The notes: a model not told the origin generated them from the sequence alone. A stretch of DNA of 64,000 bases from Vicugna vicugna (GCA_013265495.1 MU058423.1:6734939-6798938), one strand, 5' to 3'. Counted from the first letter of the stretch, positions 1 to 13,004 are shown. Numbers and translations are program-made.

Positions 1-119
1 TGATAATGAAATATATTGAAGAGTGACAGTACATTATCCAATGCATTTGCTGCTTACTCAGCTCTGTAACTTAGAACAGAGCTGAGTATACACTGTAGTT
101 CTTCAAGTTCTGTTTCACT

Positions 120-990
120 ATCCCCACCTTTGAACCCAACTCAACTGTTAGTTACTTTTTCAAAATTTCACTTTCATTTCTCTCATAACTTTATAATTAT
201 AGCCCTTTCTAATTTTTTATTGCTTACTCTAGAGATTACAGTATGCATCCTTAATTTTATGACAGAATATTTCAAGTTAATATTGTATCACTTCAAATAA
301 TAATAAATAATCTTATAACAGTAAGTAATCTTTATTATCTTATTAGATACTTGATGCTAGTCTATCATATTTTCTGTAAATTTTTTTTTCTAGCTGAAAA
401 AGTTGGCTTTAGTGTGAGAGTTTGTCCAAACAACTTAGTCCTAGTGTTAAAACTACTTTGTGCTCCTGGAATAAACTTAACTTGATCACAATGTTTTATT
501 TTTTCAAATACAATGCAGAATTAAGTTTGGATATATTTTACTTAGAATTTTGGAATGCATGTTTATGAATGCTGTGAACCATTCAACTATTTCTTGTACT
601 GTTCATATTATGTTTTCTTATCAAAGTTTTGTCAGTTTCATAAAGGAAAATGTGAGTGTTTACTCTTTTCTGTATAGCTAGAATAGAATTTGTAGAAGAT
701 TGTAATTATTTGCTTCTTGAATATTTGACACAATTTGCTGGCCTAATTTTCTGAGCTTGAAGTTTTCTTTATTGGAAGATTTACCAAAATCCAATTTCTT
801 TAATACTCATAGGAAATTTTCTGTTTTCTACTTTTTCTTTTTTGTGTCAGATTCAGTCTACTTTTCTTGAAATTTTGTCTATTCCATCTATTTTTAAAGT
901 TATTGACATGAAATTTATTGTTTTATATTTTAGTATAATTTTAACAGGAGTATGTGCAGTTATGTCCCCATTTCATTTCTAATGCTGTTA
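120..990 (-). mobile_element. Old L1M (L1ME/MC-type) LINE fragments
   Basis: Degenerate antisense L1 motifs, e.g. ctcctggaataaacttaacttgatcacaatg...tatattttacttagaattttggaatgcatgtttatgaat (antisense ORF2) and actctagagattacagtatgcatcctta. Confidence 0.7.
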
Positions 991-997
991 ATTCAAG

Positions 998-1497
998 ATG
1001 TTGTATATGTATACAATGGACTATTACTCAGCCATAAAAATAATGAAATAATGCCATTTTCAGCAACATGGATGAACATAGAGATTGGCATACTAAGTGA
1101 AGTAAGTCAGCAGAGAAAAATAAATATATGATATCACTTATATGTGAAATCTAAAAAAATTATGCAAATGCACTTACAAAATAGAAGCAGACTCACAGAC
1201 AGAAAACAAATTTATTTTATCAGTGGAGAAAGGGGAGGGAGAGGGATAAATTGGGAGATTGGGATTTGCAGATACTAACTACTGCTATATATAAAATAGA
1301 TAAACAACAAGGTCCAACTACATAGCACAGGAAACTATAGTCAAAATCTTGTAATAGCCTATAATGAAAAAGAATATGAAATATATATATCTGAATCTCT
1401 ATGCTGTAAGCCAGAAATTAACACAACATTGTAAAATGACTATACTTCAATAAAAAATAAATAAAACTTTAAAAATAAAAAATAAGAAATAAAAAAT
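998..1497 (+). mobile_element. 5'-truncated L1 3' end with A-rich tail (cetartiodactyl/camelid-type)
   Basis: tatacaatggactattactcagccataaaaataatgaaataatgccattttcagcaacatggatg (end of ORF2), 3' UTR gggataaattgggagattgggatt, terminal ccagaaattaacacaacattgtaaaatgactatacttcaataaaaaa plus degenerate poly(A). Confidence 0.92.
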
Positions 1498-1639
1498 CAT
1501 GTCCAAAACCACTTCTTTATGCAATTAGGTAAGTGCTGTATAAGGGCTATTTATAGATATCAACAAATATCTTGTTAAAATTAAATCTGTGGGTTATAGA
1601 AAAGCTTTTGAATTTTATCAGTTAGCTTTTACTTTTTAG

Positions 1640-2096
1640 CAAGCTTCCTTAAAGTTAGCCACAAAAAGCAACTATTTATTTGCTTATGAGTCTGAGCTGC
1701 CCTCACCTGGGCAGTTCTAGTCTGGACCAGGCTTGACTAATCTTGGCAAGATTGGCTCATCTGTCTCTCTATGATCAACTGCTGTGTTGGCTGGGACTGG
1801 TTTGCTTATAATGGTATTGGCTAGGAAATCTGGGATGACTGGAGCCCCTCTGTTGCAGTCTCTCAGTCCTTCGCCAAGCTAGTCCTGGCTTGTCAGAATT
1901 TGAAGAGCAAGAGAAGAAGCTACACAGCTTCTTGAGGCCAGTGCTTAGGACTCAACAGTTCACCAGCACTTCTGGCATTTTCTTCTGGTCAAAATAAGTC
2001 ATAATGCATGCCTAAATTCGAGAGGTGGAGAAATACATTCCAATTTTTGATGGGAAGAATGGAGAAGAACTATGGCCATTTTTAAAATCTACCACA
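1640..2096 (-). mobile_element. MaLR LTR (MLT1 family)
   Basis: tatttatttgcttatgagtctg...ctggtcaaaataagtcata...tttgatgggaagaatgg...tatggccatttttaaaatctaccaca, typical antisense MLT1 layout. Confidence 0.8.
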
Positions 2097-3589
2097 TGAT
2101 GAAAAGTGTGCAAAGAACTTAAATCAGCTATATATCTCTGATGTCCAAACATTGTGAACAAAAATTTAAAAAATCACTCAACACTTAAATGTTTTGTTCA
2201 CAAATTTTAATAATAGCTGAAAATAAATTATACCCCTTTAAATAAATTTTCCTGAATGTTGATATCTGTAATTCTTCCAACGTTTATTAGAGGTTATTAA
2301 TATAGAAAACTTTTTTATTATTAGTACTCACCAATAGCATGATGAATAGGACATTGGCTGAAATCAGATCTTGAATCATTTTACCTCTATACTTAATGCA
2401 AAAATTTAAGTTCTCTTTTGGAATTGATAAGAACATTTGATAAATTGACCTAAGAAATGTTTAATTAAAAAAATGAAGATTTTGCAGAAACAACTGAGTG
2501 TTTAACCTCAGTAGAATTTTACATAAGCCAAGAAATAAATGGAAATCCTTATGAGATTGAATTGAATATGGATGAATCATTCAGACTTTTTTGGCAGAAC
2601 TGCAAACTTAGTTCAGATTTAGGTAATTGAAAGCTTTCACAACTGTAGCTTCACCATTCTCTATTTATAATCCTTTACCTATTACAAATACCACATTGGG
2701 GGCTTAAAAAATAAAGTTTTAAAGAATGACAGCCTACAGAAAAATATGTTTACTGCTTGAGCATAATGAAAATATTTTATAGAACATTGCATGTTATTCA
2801 AAATGTACATATTTAGCTTATTAATAGTTTTATCAGCATTGTATAATCCAAGTGTATATTTATAAACCTATTAAAATTAACTTTATAGATAATAAAACTT
2901 CAATTTTATTAGCATTAATATTATTCAAAAATAAATTACAGTGCATTATTTCCTACTAGTTATCCAGCTGTTGAAGAATTGAGTAAAGTGAGAGATAATA
3001 TTCAAAATGGCTGATTCTGTATCTAGGTTGAAAGGAATTCATTTAGAAAAATATGGGGTGAGATTATAAAAATTGGGGTGGAGAAAAATTTTCAGTTCAA
3101 GAAACAAACAAAGGAAGAGATTAAAAGCATAAAATTTTTAGAGAGAGTGAAAGGACTATCCTTCAGAGTATACATATGAAAACTGAGTCTTGGACCTATT
3201 TAAGATCATAAAACTAGCAAGTGTCATGTATTGACTGAAACTCAAATTTTATGACTTTAACCCCAGTGTTCTTTTCTTCAGTGTCAAATTATAGGAGGAG
3301 GAAAGTAAATAAGTTTCAGTGTGATTTTTAGGAATTACTTCTAATAATAAATGTCAAAAATCTCGAAACACTTACAAATCACTATTTTCCCCGAATATCT
3401 ACATACTTGTTGGCTCTTCATATAAAAGATGAATCAACTTAATCTCTGTCTCTTCCATGTACATAAATGTAAATGCACACACCCACACACAAGCATACCA
3501 CCTGAAAATGTTAAAAATGATTTTTCTTTTCTCAGCTTTATTGGTGCAAATAGTTTCCCAAGACATATACTTTGAGTTCATTTTGGAAC

Positions 3590-3960
3590 TTTTTTTTTTG
3601 GTTAACTTCCACATCACCAAATCCTATTGATCCTACTTCCCTAATAATTCAAAATAATTTTTTCTTAATAGCTGTTGTCCTCTTTCAGGTCTCCTAATGA
3701 CCTCCCAGTCTGCTTTTGCCCTCTCCCTTGTGCCGTCTCCTTAATTCATCTTTATAATCTGGGCCATACGTTCTCACACAGTATCCCAAATTTTAGCTAT
3801 ACTGTACTATATGTAAGATCTTTCTGTGCTTGCTCATGCCTCCATGCCTTTGCTTATTCCATCCTCTGTGCCTGCAACTCTCTTCCCCACTTCCACTGCT
3901 CCATAAAAACTCAGTCATCCTTTGAAACTTGACTCAGATATGCTTTCTTGTGTTCCACAA
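3590..3960 (+). mobile_element. L2 LINE 3' fragment
   Basis: atcaccaaatcctattgatcctacttcc, ctcctaatgacctccc, ccatgcctttgcttattcc...ctcagtcatcctttgaaacttgactcaga. Confidence 0.7.
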
Positions 3961-4367
3961 ATGGCTCCTCCAGTGGACAATAAGTTATCCTCTCATACAT
4001 CAGGTGTCCTTATAGGACACTAAGGTTAAATCAAACTGTATGACAAGCCCTGAAAGCCCCCATGGCTAAAATAAACAGGTAAATAACAAATGCCCCCTGC
4101 AGTGCTATGGATTGGGGGAAAAATACTGGTTAGGGAAGGTAGATCATGGTTCATTATATTTTGAACAAAGTCTATTTTAGACTCTTTCTGTCCCCGTTCC
4201 ATTTCACTCAAATGTGTTGAATCATATAGATGACAGAAACATCTCAGTATTGTCAAATCATTCAGTGCTCATCAATATCTTTTCTTTTTGGAAACTTCTG
4301 TCACTGTGTAAAACTAAATGTTTTACCCCATGGGCTACTACTCCAGAATAATTTTGAAAAATTATCT

Positions 4368-4634
4368 ATAATTGTAAATGGAACTGTTTTCTTAATTTCT
4401 CTTTCTGATAATCCATTATTAGTATATGTAAATGCAGTTGATTTTTGTATATTGGCTTTGTGTCCTGCAACTTTACTGAATTCATTTATTAGTACTGACT
4501 TTTTTTTTGGTAGTGTCTTTAGGGTTTTCTACATTTAATATCATGTCATGTGCAAATAGTGACAGTTTTACTTCTTCCCTTCCAATTTAGATGCTTTGAA
4601 TTTCTTTTTATTGCCTAATTTCTCTGGCTAGGAA
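4368..4634 (-). mobile_element. L1 ORF2 fragment
   Basis: attgtaaatggaactgttttcttaatttctctttctgat...tcctgcaactttactgaattcatttattag...gcaaatagtgacagttttacttcttcc; explains ORF 4230..4538. Confidence 0.9.
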
Positions 4635-7600
4635 TGAATCTACTTTTCTTAACGATTCTTTTTATCTCAGATTTCAGAAACTTATTATTTGAAGTAATAG
4701 TTTTTTGTTAAAAAGCCATATCTTATTACTTTCAAGAGATGCTGCCTGGTTTTATTGGGGACTATTTATAGATCATAACCATATTCTTAAATTACAAAGC
4801 TCCTCTGCTTGAGAGTAGGCCTACAGAAGGCAGACAGGTAGGTGTCATTCATCCTAGGGGCATGAAATGGCATACAGTCAGAGTGTAGGATATTGACAAG
4901 AAAGTGCTTCAAGTGTTGGGCTGTGGACAGGGAAAATAAACAGAAGCCGGTTAAGCTGAGAGCCCAGTGAGGTAGAAAATAGTGGAGGTTGAAAATACAA
5001 AATGGTAAATGTAACTTTAGCAATATTGAAACATTTCCCAGTTTATTTGTACAGAATTATAAAATTTGATACTACAAGCAGGAATATTTCTCTTTTATGG
5101 ACTTAGAGTATAGTGTCATTTAAAATCAATGAACTAATAACGTTAATAAAATAAAAGTATACATATATTCCTAAAAATAAGGAAGTTTCACAACTACTCA
5201 TTTGCACTATTGGCTAAAAATGAAGTCCACAGTGAATGAGAAAAAACATAATGTCAATGCTCTGAGGTAAGACAGATTTATTCTTTTATATCAGCTTTCA
5301 TGTTCACACAAAAAAATAGCCGTAATATGTCTTCCTCTTAATTTTCTATAACAGAAAGATTGATAGTAACATACATTTTAAGTTTTTCTGCTTCTAAACT
5401 ATCAAAGTTTATTTATTTTTCTTAAATAAATCAGCTATTATTGTCAGGTATTATTTTGTCTTTAATTGGAGTCCTAGATATTTATAAGACATGTTGATTT
5501 TTGTGGGGTTAAAGATTTAAAATATAAATTGGCATTGAGAGTTAATACATTTTAAATTTAATATTACAATCATACTACTGTTCTTCATTGAATAAACCTT
5601 TGACTTCAGAGCTGCTACCTGGGGATGCTGTGTTTTTGTTATCGTTGACCTGTAGAGGTCACTGTTAACAGACAAATGAAAAGCCTTTTGGAATTACAGG
5701 TTAATATAGTTAAACCTTAAAATCTGTTTGCCCGAAGTCACTAGAGAGACCATGGCACTACCTCAAATTAAGACATGATAGAAATGTAACATAACTTTAA
5801 AATCAGGATATTTTTAGATAATTATAAAATAAAAGTGGATATTACTACTATTGGCAATATGGGTTAGCCAAATCATATGATTTAAAACTTCCCATCTATG
5901 CAGTTACTTAAATAGAAAAAAAAGGACCCTGCTAAATTGAGTTATAATAATTTCTTATTTATTTTCTCTAATATTTAATATAAAACTATATGGCAGAGAC
6001 AGATGGAAACCAGACTTTGGATTTGCTAAACATGAGCTGTATCTTAGAAAGCATGAATTTTACCCCATTAAAAAGAACTGAGGCAATAATTCCAATAAAA
6101 AGTTATATAAAGTAATTAGATAGTAATCAGGTGGATATATGTGGGGAAAGATAGTAGGACTAGTCAATAGAGAAACCACCCTTACCGTGCAAATGCCAGT
6201 AAAACCCCCTTAAAATGAAGGGAATCTGTCATTTTGTGTAAATTCTCTTCTGCTTCCATAAACACAGCCGTAATCAATTAAAGACCCACTTGTGAAGGAG
6301 CCATTGTTTGCGGTTCCATTCAGACATTGCTGAGTTGTCTTTTAGACTGCCCATGCGGAAACCCTGGTAAGGTGATGAGAAAGTTCAAAGCACCTAACTT
6401 TTCAGCGTGGATTTTGTTATTGAGACTTCTCTGCATCTTTTTATTCCTTTTAAACACTGGAGTGTAGTGTATGTGTTGATTGTTGGTTCTAGAAATGGGA
6501 GGGGGCTTCAGAACGTAACAACGAAAATGATCTAATGATGTAATTTCGTGACCTTCAGATTGCAATGCCTCATATTTTAGTTCAAGAGGAATCGGTGTTG
6601 AAAATATTTGCTAAGAAAATAAGTAATATGGTTTTATCATAGGAAAAAGTCTTTTAGCAGAAAATAAGAGTGCTTTCTCCAACACTAATAAATCATTCAT
6701 TCATTTTTGTCATGATTGCCATTTTCTTTTTGTTCTCAATCTCTCTCTTATCCTGTTAATTTAAGCTGGAGAGTATTACGGGCACTAAAGTGGTCAATAT
6801 TCAGTTTTGAGTGCTGGATTTGGGAGACTGGTGGAACTTCACTAAAGAGGTAAATGTAAAATGTTTCGGAGAGAATTTGGCATAAATGATTTAAAGAATT
6901 AAGATGATCAAAAATGACTCAGTATGAATTATTTAATGCTACAGATATGTACTATACTAGAGGGAGTAAGCAAATTATCCTTCTCAGATTTAGGAGTACA
7001 AGTTACACAGTAAATGAAAGTAAATCCTCATACAGCATGTCTAGGGAATAAGAAAGAAATGCCACAAGGTTAGTGTCAGGAACTCACCTTGTCAGAGTGG
7101 GAATCTGACTTTTGGGTCACCTTTGATTCCTTGCTTTCTAGGCAGAAATGGGCCAAATTTCTTACCTGACTGCCTAAGGAATACTCTGACATAGGTCTGG
7201 AGGAAATCACATTCACTTATAGTTAGCTGGGCATTTAAGCCAAATGTAAAGGATTTTGGAATGAAAATCAAGGTATGGAGTGATCCAGTAAGAATATGTT
7301 TCCTTTCCTAAGACTCCTTTGCTTTTCATATCAAATGAAGAGAACAACTTTCTTCAGGACTACAACTTAATAAAACTGCTGAGTCTGTCACTCTTATACA
7401 AGCACATAGGCCTCTCTCTTCCTTGAGTGATATGTCTGGGGCAGTTATAAGGAAGAGCCTCAGTGCCCAGACCAGCCACTCTACAGATGACTCAGGACAC
7501 CTTCACTAAATCCATTCATTACCCTGGCCCTAGTGGGAGTTACAAGTGAAGCCTGCCAATTAGATGTTGGTAATGTGGACTCAGCTTTAGGGAATTGGGC

Positions 7601-8794
7601 AAGACTGCCAGAATTCATTCCTGAACTTTAGCAGCCACAAAAGAGTATTTTTCTGTCGTCTGTAACTGATTCAAAACCAGGTCTCAAAAGGACAAGCTTC
7701 CTTTTGTGCACCATCTTTCCCAAAGTCCAACAACTAATAATGTTACAACATCAGATTTTTCACAAGATCACAGGAAACATCTGACGAAGGAGAAGCAAAG
7801 AAAAAAATGCTATCTTTTGACTGGATTAGATTCTGTTTTCTAATTTTAGAACATTCTCTTTGGAAAATTATTATGTGGTAATTTACCACAAATTAATGGT
7901 ACTTTATTGTTAAATGAGAGATTAAATCTGTGATGTATCAAGAATCATTAAAAAAAGGTTTCCAGAAGTTGTAGATGTTGAGTAAGGCAATTGATGTCAG
8001 TTCATATTCAAAACTTCTTGCACTTGCTTTGAAAACATATTTCCAAAACCCTATCCTGAAACTATATTGGCATCACTACTTCCTTCTCTGCTAATAAACA
8101 CACATAAAAGTGAATGGTTGCTTTCAGGTTCACTGACATTATTATTGTTTTTAAATTTTTTTTTTTTAGTTTTGACAGTTTAGTCAATTTGAATGCTTGG
8201 GGGATCTTTTAAAATTTTTGAGAGGCAGAGGTCAATATTCTTAATAAGGATTCTGTGAACTTAAATACATTACTAGTAGAATAAACACTTTTTGGAAAAT
8301 TTCCAGGTCATTTTGTAGAAAATACCAGAGAGCTCCAAACAGTAGGAACATTAGTCAGTAAAACTCACATAGTTAGTCCCTGTAAAGCCCAACAAGGAAG
8401 ATTTGACTTCGTACCCCTGTATCAAGTTTTTTGTTCCCTTTTTAGAGCAATGCACTCTTTTGGCTTCTAGTCCTAATTTTACTTTAGAAATTATTTTTAA
8501 CATGCTTCAGTCAGGGGCCTTCTGTCCAGGTCTTGAATATAAGTACTGTATCTTTGTTTTGTACTCTTATACAAATATATTTTATTGGGAACCTATTTCA
8601 AAATGCTTGTTAAACATATGAGCTTATTCACATGAATGCACTCAAGTGCTGTAAGTGTAGGGGCAGAAGTTGGAACAGAGGAGTCTATGTCTCGTACCCA
8701 TGGCTGCAGCTCACTGTTTGAGGAAAGAGGTTTCCTTCATCAGCTCGCTGCCTGTGCACATGCTGCACTATGTACATACTTCTTTCTGCTGTCT

Positions 8795-8849
8795 CACACA
8801 CACACGCATGCACACACACACACGTACACACACACACACACAAACACAC
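8795..8849. repeat. Interrupted (CA)n microsatellite
   Basis: Seen directly. Confidence 0.95.
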
Positions 8850-9719
8850 CCCTATGATTTAAGGGAAAAAAAAAACCCACGTTAGTCATAAAGCTCAAGA
8901 ATTGAAAGTAAGAGAGTAAGGCCAGGATAGTTAACTGTTCAGAACTTGAATGAATTGCCAGTTTTCACCAAGTAACTGGCTGGCCTTCTCAGGCAGGCTC
9001 CAAATTCCTGTTGAAATGAAGACTTTCTTTCCTGGACTAGGCCTGGCATTCCTGGGAAACAATGGCCCTTTTCAAATAGGCTCTGAAATTTCACAGGTGA
9101 AGGGAGAGGGGCAGTCATTTGATCCCACCCACAAGAAGCCTGTTAGTATTTTAAAAAGTGAAGACAGAGCCTATCATGGAGATGCAGGCAAAGCTGGCTA
9201 GTGGCTAAGAGCTGCAATCTAGACCCACGGTTCTGCAGATCTCTGTGAAATATGAATCAATTTCAGTGCTCTGTCTTTGACTCACATTGCAACTCATTTT
9301 CTAGATTTTCTTAATAGCAGACTACAGAACCACCAAAACAGGGTTTTTTTTTTTGTGTCTTCTTATGGAAGAGCAGTATTCAAGGTTTTTTTTTTTTCCA
9401 ATTAGGAAATAACATTAGAACTATAAAATAAATGATTCAATTGCTGATGTGTGTGTGTGAGAGAGAGAGATTTGGAAGAGATGCAAGGTAAAAATATTCC
9501 ATAGATATATAAAGATATACATAGGTAATATATCTGCATACATATTTATATACTTTTACCTTGCACTCTTTCCAAAATGATTTTAAGTTGGATATAATTA
9601 TATTATAATTCAATAATTTAAAAAATTTAAAATGTACAGAAAAGTTTAGAAGTCTTTTATGAAAGTATAGACCATATCCAGTTTGAAGGAACTTTGGCAT
9701 ATTGATTGCCATACTTACA

Positions 9720-10425
9720 TGTACAATTAATATAGATCAGATAGGAAAGAGAGCTGGGTGGAAGCCGTTTAAGGACTGCCCAAGAGGATCAACAGGGATT
9801 ACTGAAGTTACTTCAATAGTTTGAGATTATGTGAGGGAGACCTCCAGGGAAGTTAGAGGCTGAATGGGGAGTGTCCAGCCAGGAGAGTGAAACACCGCAG
9901 CTATGGGAACCTTTAAAATCCAAGAAAGCATCCCATAAGAGAAGAAGCCTTGACCATATCAAGCACAGAGAATGTAGCACAATCAGTCAAGGAAAAATCA
10001 GTTTATTTTCTTACTTTTTCTGTCACTTTGACTCTGGAGGAATCTGAGAAAGCTGCTAACCAATGAATGAGGAGTGAGACACATGAAGAAAAAAGCAAAG
10101 GACTGTTCTCATTATGTTGAGGCAGACAACTTGTAGACCTCGGGAAGAAGAGAGGTCTTACTTGGAATACTTATTGAAACATTAATCAATAACCTGGATT
10201 GTGTATATCAAAATTATTGAATTGACACAATGTTTTAGGACTTAAAGGGTCATAGGACTGCTTATTGCCTGAGAGTAAGCTGGAAAGTAATGGGGCCTAG
10301 CCAATATTCTGCCCAAGGGCAGGAAGAATTACCCACATTGAATAAATTTTAAAGGGGCTTCGGAGATAAAACAGAATTATGATTTTAACTTATCTGACAA
10401 GTCTTGTGTTCAATATACTAATTAT
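9720..10425 (+). mobile_element. Ancient LTR (LTR78-like, tentative)
   Basis: Purine-rich block ending cccaagggcaggaagaattacccacattgaataaattttaaaggg...aagtcttgtgttcaatatactaattata, resembling the 3' end of old LTR78-group elements. Confidence 0.4.
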
Positions 10426-11084
10426 ATATCTTATAAAATACGCACAAAATTCTGTGCAATACAGATAGTGGATAGACTACTCCTATACCTGCGTGAGGGA
10501 GCAATGTCCTGTCATATAAAGATCACTGGATGAGGACTTACTGGAGCATTGTTTTATTCTTACCTCTATCTGCTTTTTCTCTGGGTCGCTTTGTGTAAGT
10601 TTCACAACGTTTCGTAATTTCAACTTCTTCCCAGGTAAGAATGAGTAAAAATATAATAATGCCATGTAAAATGTCTTTTACTTTTTCTTTCAAATGAGAT
10701 AATTTAGATCAAATGTGATAATGTAATGAATATATTTTGCATGTTAATTATAATACATATGTAGTATTATATTTGTTAAAAATAATAATGGTCACTCTCA
10801 GGGAAAATTATGAATTCCAGCTATTTTGTTAAAGAAAAGATTTTCTTTTTTTAGGTTTTTTTGAGTTTGAAAGTTTATGTTCATATGTGTTTCAGACATT
10901 TTTGAAACACACACAGTACACACATAACTATATTTAGGATTTGTCATTTTGTATTTTGTTTATGTTTTTTGATGGCATCTTAAAATGAGACTTTTTTTGT
11001 CTCAAGTTTAAATTGTACAAAGATTGAGAACAAAATAGGTTATAAGTACATACAGTATTTATTAGTGAATATGAATATTTACAT

Positions 11085-11275
11085 ACACACAAACGCAGGT
11101 ATATATGTGTATATAATATATGAAATATATACACATATATGTATAATATATACTGATATATAACATACATAATATATATCATATATATACTCAGCTATAT
11201 GTGGGTGTATTTGTGTTTATATGTCTATATACAGCTGGATGTGTACATAGGACTGTGTATAAGCATGTGTATATA
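11085..11275. repeat. Degenerate TA/TG/CA low-complexity repeat
   Basis: Seen directly; explains ORF 10934..11182. Confidence 0.85.
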
Positions 11276-11276
11276 G

Positions 11277-11440
11277 TTAATTCTTACAATAACCCTATGA
11301 AATGTATGCCATTATTTTCTGTATTTTACGCATGAAGGAACTGGGACACAGAAAGTTTAAATAACTTGGCTAAGGTCACACTTACGGTGAATGGTAAAGC
11401 CAGGAGCTATACCCCCGACAAAATGGCACCAGAATTTGTT
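11277..11440 (-). mobile_element. MIR SINE
   Basis: taattcttacaataaccctatga...gaaggaactgggacacagaaagtttaaataacttggctaaggtcacac (MIR core). Confidence 0.85.
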
Positions 11441-12184
11441 AAGTATACGTTCTGTTCCCACCATGTAAAGAGAAGTACAATACAACTCATGTAGGAATTA
11501 CAAAGCAACTGATTAAAACTCAGCTTTTGAAAGGTCAGCATTTATGTAAGTGAAGATTAGTAATTCACCAGAAATTAGGAAATTGAAAAGAATTGCCAGG
11601 GTGGTATTAGTCCCCATAAATGGGAGTAGATGGCTTTCCACTTACTTTATGTCGAGTGAGAGGAATATCAAAAAGAACAGAAGTCGAACTTGGTAAGTGC
11701 CCTCTGCAGCTTGGGACAGAGACATTTACAAGTGTCTGATTCACATCAAAGAAATCTAACAACAAAGTCTGATTGTAGTAGCTTATGGAAGTATATTAGA
11801 GGATACAGATAGGAATTAACTTTATTCCTACCAAAAGTGAATTAAAGTTACATGTTTCCTCTGCTTCATATAATAAAGAGCCTGCTGGAGCTGCCTTAGG
11901 CTCACTCTGAGGGTCCTATCTGAAAGGCAGTGTCTGCAAGAGAAGAAGATAGATAATAAGGAGAGGTATCATGATTAACCACTGAAAAGAGGTGCACTTG
12001 TCCTTGTCAAGGGTTCTGAAGAACCCACAAAGCATTCCCATGCAACTAATAGCTTAAATATGGACAGAGGAAACCAATACTAAATTACATTGGTACCAGT
12101 CACATAATATCTTTCCTGACACGTATTTTTCCTGGAGAAGTCAGAAACCGTGGTTAGCACACCCCTTCCACACAACAGATTGTC

Positions 12185-12360
12185 TCAGTCATACTACTGT
12201 TCTTTCAGTTCCTCAAACGTATCAGGTTTATCTCTGCCTCAGGATTTTTGCATTAACCCTCTTTGCCTGGCATGTTCTTTCCTGTGATGGTTGCAAGACT
12301 TTTTCACCTTCTAGTCAGTCATTTGAATATTAGATTGTATCGCTTCAGAGAGGCCTTCAC
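12185..12360 (+). mobile_element. L2 fragment
   Basis: ctttcagttcctcaaac...ctgcctcaggatttttgcat...tttgcctggcatgttctttcc...ttcagagaggccttc. Confidence 0.7.
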
Positions 12361-13004
12361 ATAAGGCCCTGTGGGTCTTATTTAGGAGATGGCTTTTAAT
12401 CTAAGTGGGAAATGAAGCCAAAAAATAAAATGATTTTATTAAAAATTTTTTTTTCAGTCTGTACAATTTTTACAGAGACAGAGGGGCCCACCCTAGATTT
12501 TAGGCGAGAATTACATGGTGGCTTCTTGCTTGTGCCAGTATTTCAGTGTAAATGGAGAGAAACAGACTGACAATGACTGACATATTTAATGAAGTTGACT
12601 TGAGTGGTGAAAGTGGTTAAAGAAGAGAAAGTATATCTATCTTCTAGGAATTTATAGTTTAGGCTGAAGAAATAAGATTTTTAAAATTAAATATAGTATA
12701 GGATACTGTCCTAGAAAATGCTGTAATAATAAACATTTCAAACAGGAGGAAAATAAGGTAATTGCAAATCTTCTGTTTAATTTAGCAAATTCTATTTTTT
12801 CAATATTTATTTTATTATGAAAACACAAAGTAGATGCTGTTTTATTCTTTTCTATTTATTGATTTTTCTCCTTATAATATTAACTGGAAAAATACAGTAA
12901 TTTTTTCTTATCTTGCCTTTGATGATCTTCCTTAGGAATTCTTTTAGCCTACAGAGGGGTTTCATTTACTATAATCTTCCTAATACATTGAGGACTCAAA
13001 GACT

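Noticed and set aside
7070..7750. Moderately GC block that may be an old LTR
   Set aside because: Could not match it to any family motif with confidence.
10530..10545. MRTYW start resembling leader peptides of LSAMP-1a or type II cadherins
   Set aside because: Similarity ends after 4-5 residues; no gene assignment is justified.
11572..11692. 121-nt open frame ending at TTG|GTAAGT
   Set aside because: Acceptor lacks a pyrimidine tract and the peptide is unrecognised.
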